The position numbers were made by a program, and so were the translations under genes. From Rebecca billardiae RCC1528 (lineage: Eukaryota > Protista > Haptophyta), in the NCBI GenBank assembly GCA_965240325.2, contig OZ251229.1, positions 992,001-1,056,000 on the forward strand: DNA of 64,000 nucleotides, given 5' to 3'. How positions within the stretch are numbered: position 1 is the first letter of the stretch; each line of letters opens with the position of its first letter. Below are positions 1 to 10,471 of the stretch, one piece after another. The notes below the pieces were generated by a model. That model did no database searches and was not told the origin of the DNA. It saw only the letters and a program-made list of their open reading frames with translations.

Positions 1-8
1 ATAATTGC

Positions 9-12
<4 letters not shown>

Positions 13-95
<83 letters not shown>
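13..95. repeat. (TA)n microsatellite
   Basis: Uninterrupted TA dinucleotide run at the window start. Confidence 0.98.
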
Positions 96-98
<3 letters not shown>

Positions 99-747
99 AC
101 GACGTGGCATGCAACGGGCAAGCGTCAGGCACAGAGTGCAGCAGACACATAACTAGATAGAATGCGTCCGCGCCTTCCGACCAGGTCATGCAGTGCCAGT
201 GCGCCACCCGCTGCCCTGCCCCGTGGGGCTGGGAGTGGGACTGGGACGGAGCACCGCCTCGGCCTGGGGGTGGGGCACGCGGGCGGCGACGGCAGATGCT
301 GCCGCGGCCGCCAGCGCCCGTTCCGGAGCACTTGGATATGAGGCTGAGGTCGCCTAGTCGATGTCGCCGCCTCAGCCGTCCAGCCGACCTGAGCGGCGTG
401 CAGCTGCGGGAAGCGACAGCCGGCGGCTGTCGCCCCGCCGGGCGCCCGCGCCGCGTTGCCGTGGGCGACTCGGGACTCACGGGAGGCGGCTCCCCGGCCG
501 CCGGGCTCCCGGGCGACAATTTGTCAATTACTGACTGACTACACCGTGCTGAGTGACACGGTGACACTTGACTAGCTATATTAATAGCTTATTTACGCAA
601 AAATTATTATAATAATATATTTTAAAACGAGTTGCTGCGCGCCGAGTGACTGGTAATGCCGCCTGACTCGTGTCACACGCTGTGGCCTGCACGGCGACCA
701 CTACCGCAGGGCACGGACGTGCGCCACCCAGCTCTGAGCGCGGCCGG

Positions 748-2016
748 TCAGAATTTGAGCGCGTGGTAGATTCTGCCAACGTTTGGCGTGTGCGCGCAGC
801 CGCGCGCGTGGCCACGACGTGCGGCCGCCTCCGCCGCGGCGGCCTCGGCGTGAGCCCGTATGAGCTTTTGCGGTTGCAGCGCCGACACCGCCCCAGCCAT
901 GAACGATTCGGGTGTGGGCGGCACGGCAAGTGTGTGGGCCGGCGCATGCATGAGCGCCTGCTGCGCCTGCGCCTGCTGCACCTGCGCCGCGTGCCGCCAC
1001 GCGCTGTCGTGCGCCATCTCGAGCGCCGCTGCGCTGACCGCGGGGATGTACACGTGGGTCTGGTAGGCCGCCGTCGTGTGCGGCTGCTGCTGCCATAGCC
1101 CCCACGGGTCGGCCGTGCTCGTCGGCGCGAGGCCGGCGCTCGTCGGCACGATGGCGGGCAGCATGTACGCCAGGTCGATGGGCGAGATCGGCGAGCGCGC
1201 GCGCTGGTCGTCCATGCAGATGTGCGCCCACTCCTCCCGCGAGAGGATGCGCCCGTCCCACTTGAACGGGCTGCCGACGTGCTCGGGCCAGAACAGCGTC
1301 GCGCTGAACTGCCGCTCGGGCTGCATGACAATGGAGACGACGAACTGCTCCGACCACGCGGAGATGCCGTCGATGCGCGAGAGCCTGTCCAGCTCGGAGA
1401 GCAGCCGCGCCGAGAAGCGCATCACGTGCTCGTTCGTCGTGTACCGCCGGCCGGGCGGCACGGAGCACGCGTACGCGGGCGTGCACGTGTCGTGCCAGCC
1501 CCACGTGCCCGCCGCCGTGGGCGTGATGCGGTTGGTGATCAGGTCGGCCGGGTCGTGGCTGTATTGCCTGAGGAAGGCGGCAATGTCGCCGCTGAAGCCC
1601 ACGTCGTCCTCGAGCACCCACACGTGCGAGAAGGCGAAGTTCACCTGGTGCGCCCAGAGGCCGATCGCCTCGACATGGAACCCCCACGCGAGCGACGTGC
1701 CACACTGGCGCCTGCCGGCGAAGGTGGTGCGCGCCGACTCGGTGCCCGGGAAGGTCTGGGGGTCGAGGAAGTGGCAGAGCGATCGGCCGTACACGCCGAG
1801 CATGTCCGCCTCGGTGTACGTGTGTATGCGGTTGGCGGGCACATGCCGCGCGAGGCGGGCGAGCGCCTTGGCCGCGGTCGCCGGCGCGCTGACGTCGACG
1901 CTCACGTACATGACGAACTCCGTGTGCTCGAGGGCGCAGAGCCACTCGCCGACGCGCTCAGCTTGCGCCGGCGTCGGGTCGTGCGAGCGCACGAGCACGC
2001 ACACGGGCGCTGACAT
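748..2016 (-). CDS. Hypothetical protein with N-terminal glycosyltransferase-like (DUF3405-like) domain and low-complexity Ala/Gln C-terminus
   Basis: Globular-looking ORF from ATG 2016 (MSAPVCVLVRSH). It has the motif FSHVWVLEDDVGFSG, a DxD-like acidic motif after a beta strand as in GT-A-like/DUF3405 proteins. Confidence 0.6.
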   Translation of the reverse strand: MSAPVCVLVRSHDPTPAQAERVGEWLCALEHTEFVMYVSVDVSAPATAAKALARLARHVPANRIHTYTEADMLGVYGRSLCHFLDPQTFPGTESARTTFAGRRQCGTSLAWGFHVEAIGLWAHQVNFAFSHVWVLEDDVGFSGDIAAFLRQYSHDPADLITNRITPTAAGTWGWHDTCTPAYACSVPPGRRYTTNEHVMRFSARLLSELDRLSRIDGISAWSEQFVVSIVMQPERQFSATLFWPEHVGSPFKWDGRILSREEWAHICMDDQRARSPISPIDLAYMLPAIVPTSAGLAPTSTADPWGLWQQQPHTTAAYQTHVYIPAVSAAALEMAHDSAWRHAAQVQQAQAQQALMHAPAHTLAVPPTPESFMAGAVSALQPQKLIRAHAEAAAAEAAARRGHARGCAHTPNVGRIYHALKF

Positions 2017-4354
2017 GGGGTGCAAGTTAGCGTGTGTGAGGGTGGAAGCGGTCGCTCGCTCGGCGACACGTTGATCAGGCGGGGGAGGGTGGTCGCGGCG
2101 GGTGGCAGTGGGTTAGGGGGGTAGATGCTTAGTGAATAGGGCAAGGAAGGTGAAGATTCGATATCATCACGGTTCGCAATTTGATAAGCGGGTTGCTTTG
2201 TTGAGTAATCAGGTCACGAGATTCTACCGGGAGCTCTTATGAAAGATTCGACGCCTGCAGCACAAGGGTGGCGAACACTCACGGCGAAGCCGCGCTCCCA
2301 AAATAATGACCGCCCTTCCGCTTGGCCAACCCCCCTGAACTAGACCAAAAAATGGCGTTTGGGTTGGGAGGGAATTGACAATGGTGTATGATGATGAGCT
2401 CGCCAAATAACGCAATCGGCCAATCGCGCTACTTTCGTTACTTGGCCGCATCCGCCGCCGCCGCCACCTGCCCGCCTTTATTTAGACATCTTCTTCAACC
2501 GTCGTTAATGGCATATTCGCGACGAATTCCTGAGCGAGCCAACGGCCGAGTACAAGTAGTTTTTGGTACCCGTTCCACGCGAGAGATAAGCCGGTCGCTT
2601 GGCCAATTAATAAAAGTACCGACCCGCCCGCTTATGCAGCGTCGTGAGCGAGATCGTGAGAATGCCGCCGTTGGTAAGCAGCACAATCACCGCCAAAATT
2701 AGCCAATTACCCAGTACGGTGATTGCTTTCAACAGCGTGGGTGGCAACGGTAAAGTCCGGGTGGTCCGGACTGTCTTCGACTCTCCCCCTCCACCACCGC
2801 CCTTCCTGCGGGGTGCGGACTCTTATGATCTGGCAATCACTCAATCAGCGCGGCAGGGAGACTCTAACAAGCAAGCAGGCGCGTGTGCGCTGCTTTTCTT
2901 GGCAGGTCCCGCCAGGGTACAACTGCTGGGGCAGCGCCCGCTGCCACTGCGCGTCAGTCACCGCAGCAGTCTCGCGGAAGCGCGTCGCGCGGATGTTTTG
3001 CCCGAGCACCGCGCAGTCTAACCCAATTCAGCTCGGCCGCCCAGACTGACCACATCTGAGTATGCCTGGAAGGACCGCCGGCGTCCGGCAGGCTACGCCC
3101 AACCAGCCTCAGCGGCACGGAGGGGGGTAGGCAGCAGCTATTTACTGCCGCTCATATTCGACGGCGAATTCGTTGTGCAACTGCGTACAGTTGCCTACCG
3201 CCCGAGTCGTTGCGGCCAGTGCCAGCCCCGAGCCCGCGCCTGCAGCGGCCTTGTCCGGTTCAACGCACAGCCACAGGCCGAGCCGACCAGTGACACTCAG
3301 GCCGGAATCCGGCGGCCGCGCGCTGACAATGCTGCTCCTGTAAACCTCCTAGTCCGACTGTCTCTCTTTGGAGAGCGTGCGATGAAGGATGGCGCGGCAA
3401 CCTGCCACCGTGAGCCTTACGCACGTTAAAACAAATAAACTGTAGTACGCAGCCAATTATGACAGTGATCGAATGAATCTGAGACTGATGACCGACAGGC
3501 CGCCACTACGGTTGACTGCACTGGCTGACTGAGGGCGGACCATTCAGACCAGTCGTAAAATCTAGTCGGTAGCGGCGTCATCATTGACAGACCACTGGCA
3601 GACCACTGACCAGCAGTCTGGCGTAACATCTGCACGGTCGGCAGCGGCATGAGTGAGGCGCAGCGGCATCGACAGAGCTAAATGATGGTATTATTATTAA
3701 ATAGCTTGTAACGACGTCAGCATTTTTCAGAGTCTAGCATGCGTTTGCGGCCTCATCCTGCCTCTGACCCCTCGCCTCGGGGCGTGTTCTTCCCCCCCGG
3801 CTGCGCCCGCGGCTGACGCTCGCCGTCGTAAGGTTACTATAGCAGTATTAAGATGATTATTGCTCCTAAGCATAATCCTCCTGAGTCCGAAGACCTCAAT
3901 AAGGCTGACACTCGCTGCACGCGTGGCCAAGAAATAATCTCGTGTCACCGAGCTCAATGTTTACAGTGCCGAGAGTCTGCCATAACTCCATACTCTGCCC
4001 TACTCAGACTCAGTACTCGCTGATCGGAAGCAGAACGGCGACGGCGCTTCGTAACGGTCAAACGATGATGACGGACCTGCCTGGTACTCTCCGCCGGACT
4101 GCGCCGTCATCGTACCTCGGCGACCACAGCCCTGAAGCGAGTGCGATAGCGGTGGCTCAGCAGTACCAGCCAGACGACGGACGAACGGCACTGCACGACA
4201 GACTACGGACGACCTCTGCCTGCACGGCCATTCAGCAAGGCTGCCTAAGCTTGGCTGTCTGCTGTCGGAGTTGTCGTCGAGGGCCAAGGGGGTGCGCCTT
4301 GCTTTCATTCAACGTGACCCGCAGCGTACGCACAGGGCGTTCTCTGCCGCCGTC

Positions 4355-4480
4355 ATGGGGCCATGGGAGCATGTACATCTCGCCCGAATGCCGTGCCAAG
4401 CGTGGCTTCTCTGGCCCCACGGGGTGGCCACGGAGTGCCGCGGACATCCGCGAGCAGGTGCGCACCTGCGAAACAGCCTC
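4355..4480 (+). mobile_element. Possible degenerate Ty3/Gypsy integrase zinc-binding (H2C2) remnant
   Basis: The translation GHGS...AKRGF..GWPRSAADIREQVRTCETA resembles the integrase HxG...WWPxMxxDIxxYVRTCxxC motif. The second Cys is lost and no other pol domain is visible. Confidence 0.3.
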
Positions 4481-4851
4481 GGCGCGCGGTTCAAACGACC
4501 GGACGCATCTGCGCAAGTCCGCCCTCGCTCGCCCTGACCACCTGGGCGGCTGTTCGCGCACATGCCATGCCACGCATCCGCTGGCTGCGTTTGCAGCTCG
4601 CCAGCCGACCCGCACGGAGCACACTGGTGCCTGGTCCCCCTCAGCGAGAGCAGACTGTTCGTCGCGTGGCGGCGTGGTCCGGCGGTTTCCCTGCCCAGGC
4701 CGGTGCTCACCACCGGGCGGTCGCTGAGTGTAACGCCCGCAGCCTACAATAATAGGTGTCGTGGAGTTAGAGGCATCGCGGAAGGGCCGTGCAGCAAGGG
4801 GTGCCTGCCCTCTTTGAGGCCTGCCGCCGTGCCGACTGGGCGCACGCGCGG

Positions 4852-7800
4852 ATGGGAGGGGGTGCGAGCCGCCCGTCACGTCGATCCTCCGGTGGTGGAT
4901 GGCCATTCGGCCGCAAGGGTCGCGACGCCGCGAGCGCGCCGGCCAATCCGGCCTCGCGGGCCTCTGCGGGCCGCGGACCAGCGCCGGCCGCGACGAACGG
5001 CTCGGACGCGCGCAAGGGCGCTGTCGAGCCGAGCGTCGGGCACGACCGTGTGGAGCAGCCGGCGGTGGATGCGCCGTCCACGCCGCCGCCAAAGCCCGCG
5101 CCACCGCACGCCGAGCCGGTCGCCGCCGCTCCGCCAGCCCCGCCGAGCGCGAGCGCCTCCGCAGAGCGCGCGCCTCCAGCGGCGTCGGGCGCGGGCGCGG
5201 GTGCGGACGACTCGTTCGGCAACCTGCTCGACCTGCTGCACACGCAGCCCACCATGGAGCACTTCACCCTCGCCTCCGAGCGCTTCGCCGGCCTCGAGGG
5301 CGGCGACGCCCGCGCCAGGCACGTCGAGCACGTGCTGCGGTACGAACGGCGTCTCGTGCACGCGCTGCGCGAGGCGGCGCGCTTCGGCGTGGGCGCGAGC
5401 GGCTCCGTCGTGGGCGAGAGCCGCGGGGACAAGCGGGACGTGGTGACGCCGGGCACGTGGGAGCACGCGGCACAGATTATCATGCGGGTGCGCGCGCCCC
5501 CGACCTCGCGCCGCCGCGCCGCGCCGCGTCGCGCCGCCCGCCATGCCGCGCGGCCGGCGCGCGCGCAGCGCGCGCGCGCCCCGTGGTGAGCCCGGCCCCC
5601 GTGGCGCGCGCGCAGGTGCTCGGCGCGGTGGAGGTGCGAATCTTCGAGCTCGACACGCTGCGCGACGAGCTGTACGTCGTGCACGCGCGCAGCGGCGCGC
5701 CGGGCGCCTCGCGCCTCGCAGCGGAGCGGCAGTGGCACGGCCGAGCTGTGAGCGCGGCGCATGCCGGCTTTGCCCCTGATGAGCTCAGGCTGCGCGGCCC
5801 CGGCGGCGCGTGGTTCCACCCGTGGCTGCCGCCGCGCGAGGCGGGGCTGCACGCGATGGCAATCACGCTGAGCGCGGCCACCTCGCCGCTCGTCGTCGCC
5901 GAGGCCGTCGGCCCGCAGCCCTTCGACCGCGCGTCCGCGCTGCTCGGCACCGCCGCGATGACGGCCGCGTGCGCGCTCGTCGAGCCGCGCGCGCACTCGC
6001 GCGCGCGCTGGGCGCGCGCGCGCTTGCAGCGGCTGCTGCTCGAGCAGAGCGGCGAGCGGCGGGCGGCGGGCGGCGGCTCGCCCGAGCGGCTGGCCCTACC
6101 CCCCGCCCTCGGCGCCGCCGAGCCGCCCTCGGCCGCGCCCCCTCCGGCCGGCAGCGGCGCGCGCACGCTGCTGTGGCTCGACTCGTTGTGTGAGCTGGTC
6201 GCGGATGCGTGCGGCGCGCACGGCGCGTCTCTCTACGTGCCTGCGCCGGCGCAGCGGGGCTCGGAGCTCGCGAGCCGCGCGGCGCGGGAGCCGGCGCACC
6301 TGCTCCGCGCGAACGGCTCCGGCGACTTCGTCCTCGTCAGCACGCGCTCCTTCTCCATCGCCACCGTGCTCGCGCGCGACGCGCAGGCGAGCTCGGCCGA
6401 CGCGGCGGAGCGTGCGCAGCGCGTGCGCGCGCTCGCGGACGCTCGCACGGAGGAGCTCAACTTCGACGCGGGCGTGGACGGGCACCCGGCGACGGCGGCG
6501 CACGCGGAGCAGTCGCTGCTCAGCCTCGCGCTCACCGACCAGGGCGCGCTCGGCGGCGGCGGCCGGCTCCGAGCCGTGCTCCTCGTGCACGGCCGGCGGC
6601 GCGGCGCCGCCGAGGCCGAGCCCGGCGCCGCGCCGGCCGCTGGCATGTCTGCGCCCGCCGCAGAGCCCAACGCGCCGGCCGGCTCCGCCGCTGCGGCGGC
6701 GGCAGCGGCGGCGGCGGCGGCGGCGGGCGCCCCCGGCGGCCCGGCCGCGTCCTCCGCCGCGCCCGCCACCGCCTTCCGCGCGGCGGACGTCGCGCTCCTC
6801 GAGGAGCTCCGCCCGCTGCTCGTGCGAGCGCTGCGCGCCTGGGAGCGAGCGCACAAGCTCGACGGCGCGCGCGCGCGCGCGTCGCAGCCGGGCGCGCAGG
6901 CGGACGCGGTCGCGGAGGGGCTGATGTGCGCGTCGTTGCTGCCGGCGCAGCTCGAGAGCGAGCTCTCCGCGGCGGTCGAGCGCGCGGGCGTGCGCGCGCT
7001 CGCGTGCGAGCACGCGCGCCTCTACCTCGTCCGGCCGCTGCCCGCGCCCGCGCCCGCGGCCGGCGCTGCCCCGGGCGGCAGCGGGGCGGCGGGCGGCGGC
7101 GCGGACGCGGGCGCGGGCGCGGACGCGGGCGCGGCGGGCGGCACCGCGGCGGCGCTTGCCAACCTCGAGGTGTACGCGCTTGGGCTCGACCTCTCGGGGC
7201 AGCGCAGCAAGCGCGTGATCTCGCTCGGCGTGGGGATGGGCTCCGAGCACTCCGCGCACGAGGCCGCCATTGCCAGCTGCCTCGCCACCGGCCACACCGT
7301 CGTCCGCTCGGCGCCAGAGGCGGCGCTGGGCGACTCGCCCGCGGGCTCGGACGCGGGCCGGGCGAGCAGCGCCCCGGACGACGCGCCCGCGCCGCCGCCC
7401 GTCGTGGACGGCTCCGGCCGCGCGCGCAGCACGATCCTCTGCGTTCCGCTGCGCCACCACTCGCGGCTGCTCGGCTGCCTCGAGTTCTGCGACCGCACGG
7501 CCGTCGGCTTTGTGCGACCGATTCCGCCCGCGGCCGAGGTGCGCGCGCCGCGCGCCGCGCCGCGCGCCGCGCCGCGCGGCTGCCCTGCCCGCCGCTGCTC
7601 ACGCTGCTCACGCCGCGCGCGCCGGCGCGCGCCACCACCGCCGCGGCCGCGGCGCGCCAGATGGCCGAGCTGCTCTGGTCCTCCTCGCGCACCGCCGGCC
7701 GCATGCACATTCCGTTCGACTCATCGGATGTCAAGTTTGCGCGCTCGTTTGCGCACATCGTGAGCACCGCGCTCGTCGGGCGCACGCGCCGCGTCGACGC

Positions 7801-8143
7801 GCGGAACGCCAGCCTCTCGCGCGCGATCTACGACCAGCTCGACTCGACGCGCTTCTCCGCCGCCTCGGAGGGCGGCGACGAGCTCGCCCTCCACCTCTCG
7901 CTCGGCAGGGAGCTCTCGCGCTCCTCCTCCAACGCGCTGTGGCAGCTGGCCGAGACGGGCGCGCACGCGCCGGGCGGCGCGCAGCCGTCGCAGCCGGGCT
8001 TGGGCCTCGAGCAGCACCGGCCGCCGCCGCTGCAGGGCAGCCAGCTGATCGGCGGGCTGGCGACCGCGGGGCTCACGACGAATCCAACGGGCGGGGGTGG
8101 CGCTGCCAGTGCGGTACGCGCCGTCGGCAGCGTTCGCGGCTGA
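4852..8143 (+). CDS. Multi-GAF-domain protein (~1013 aa) with predicted N-myristoylation; exons 4852-5487, 5616-7538, 7661-8143
   Basis: Two phase-0 GT-AG introns join three ORF-track frames. N-terminus is MGGGAS. GAF-type segments include TILCVPLRHHSRLLGCLEFCDR...FDSSDVKFARSFAHIVSTAL and SLLSLALTD...LRAVLLVH...FRAADVALLEEL. Confidence 0.75.
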
Positions 8144-8937
8144 GCGCTCGGAGGCGCGCTGTGGGCGAGCGCTGAGACTGGTCAACACGGTGCGCTCATC
8201 ATCGTCAGCATTTTTTGTAACAATTATTTGCGGCGCGGCGCGCGGCATTCGCGCGTCCGACGATTGTCGCACTGTGACGATATTATGGCCCGCGGTGAAG
8301 GGCGGAGCGCGTAGCGTGGAGCCCCGCCGGGGGCCCTCACTACGTTGTCAAATTTAAGATCTTTTGATCAAAGAAAAGGGGACGGGCCCCGGACGATTTT
8401 GAGGGGTGTTGGAGGGTGAGTTTTCGCTTTTTCGAGGGGTACGTTGGCGCCCATTGCTCTGCATTAGCAACTACGCGATTGACGAAATAAGCGCGCCCAC
8501 GCCATTCCGCATAAGTGTCGATGGACGGACGTGAGCCTGGGCGCGCCTTTGTCAGTATATCTGGGTAGTGAACGAATATCTAGCTGCGATTTGTTGTAAA
8601 TATTCATACGGCGGAACAAAACTTGGTCGCCAGCCCGAGAGGGCGAGACCAACCGGACCCAGGGCCGGACGTGTTTTTTTTAAAGTGCATGTGCACGGGG
8701 GTCCTACAGTAGCAGGGTATTCTACCAAGGGGGTTCCCGTTCAATCTTCCGACGATACGGTTGAACGTGCATGGTCGTAAATGGACATGGTTCCCGCGGA
8801 AGCCACTAGACCGAGAGGGCGCACTGCAGACAAAACATGATCACTCCGTATACAGCACGCAGACGAAATGCTCGGGCCGGCGCGTACCGGTGTACCGGCG
8901 CGGAGTCGTGAGACGGAGTGAGACGCGGGGCCTGCCG

Positions 8938-9331
8938 CGACGCGTGGAGTGCTTGACCGTCGGACCGGGGACCTGCGTGCGTGCGCGTGCCGCCGCAGTA
9001 CGCCGCGGTGCGCGCGGTGGTGGCGGGGGCCGGCCGGCCGCTGCCTCTCGCCCTCGCACTCTGCTCTCCCCGAGCGCGCCTGTCGCCTCGCAGGCCCCGC
9101 GTCTACTCCGTCTCACGACTCGCGCCGGTACGCGCCGGCGCGAGCCGCGCGACGCGTGGAGAGTGCTTGATTGACTCCGGGACCGCGGGGACCGTGCGTG
9201 CGCGTGCCGCCGCAGTACGCCGCGGTGCGCGAGGTGGTGGCGGGGGCCGGCCGGCCGCTGCCTCTCGCCCTCGCACTCTGCTCTCCCCGAGCGCGCCTGT
9301 CGCCTCGCAGGCCCCGCGTCTACTCCGTCAC
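8938..9331. repeat. Tandem duplication, period ~215-220 bp (two copies)
   Basis: The block GTGCGTGCGCGTGCCGCCGCAGTACGCC...GGCCCCGCGTCTACTCCGTC is present near 8978-9111 and again near 9194-9329, almost identical. Confidence 0.92.
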
Positions 9332-9454
9332 TCGCCCGGCCCTCGCGCTCCGCTCTCATCGAGCGCGCCCACCGGTCTGTCTGTCGTCTTGCCGGGCCGC
9401 GTGGCCGAGTCACGCCGAGTCGGCGCGCGCCCAACAACCTACCCGAGGGCGCGT

Positions 9455-10042
9455 TCGTCGCTCGAGGAGGAGCGCGCAAGGGCGAGCCGAGTCCGGAGCA
9501 CTACGCGAGCTCGTCGCTTGAGGAATGAGGACGGGAGCGCGCCGCGACGGCACGCCGCAGCGGAGATGAGCCGGATGCGCCCGGAGCTAGCGCGCGGCTG
9601 AAGGGCGAGCTCGAGCTCGCGAGCTCTCTCCTCGACGCCGAGCGCGAGCTCCTCCTCAACTCGGTCGTCAACCGCGCCGGAGGTGCAGCAGCAGCAACTC
9701 GGCGAGCACGCACGGCCACGGGCTGCCGATTGTCACGGCCTGCCGTGCCACGGGCTGGCCGCCGCCGAGTGGCTTCGAGGCCGACGTGGCGGACGAGGAG
9801 GCGGCGGGCGAGCACGGCGCGGCGCGGTGGAGCAGGCGCGCACGCGCGGCGGCAGGCGCGACGCGCCGCTCCGGCCTCGTTCCACTCCGCCCGCGGTGCA
9901 GGGCGGAGCGCGCCACTCGGCCAGCAGGCACTGCTGGCACGGTCGGCGGCGCGCGCTCTCGCTCTGCCGGCACGAGGCGCGCCGGCTGAGCGACCAGCGG
10001 CCCGTCGTCGAGCGCATGGCGCAGCGCGAGCACCTCAAGCAG
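9455..10042 (+). pseudogene. Decayed coiled-coil gene fragment
   Basis: Coding-like pieces lie in different frames (LEEERAR; KGELELASSLLDAERELLLNSVVNR; HEARRLSDQRPVVERMAQREHLKQ followed by a GTGCGC donor) and are broken by stops and indels. Confidence 0.35.
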
Positions 10043-10471
10043 GTGCGCCCGCACGCCCGCACGCGCCGCAGCCCGCGCCGCGCGGCGCCTCTCGCCCTGC
10101 GCGCGCGCGCCGCCCCGGCGGCCGCGCTTCCCGCCGCGCGGCCCGCGGCGACTAAGTCCTCGGCCCGCCATGTCAGTCAGACTGATCGACAGCAGCCGAC
10201 GAAGGTTGCACCGCGGGCCCCTAACTACGTTGGTTCTACGGAAGGACCGCGGAACGCGGTCATATTGACGATATGATGATGCGTCGTCGTCATCATCACT
10301 ACTGCGCTGTGAGGACGGCTTCCGACATCATCAGCAACGCGCGACGATTATTAATATATACCACGCGTACCCAAGGCCGGGTACGGCAGGTAGCCTGGCC
10401 CTGGGCCGGCGGCCCTCGGCCTCGGGGCGGGCGTCCCCCCGCGCGGAGTGTCAGACTGACTACTCGGAAGA

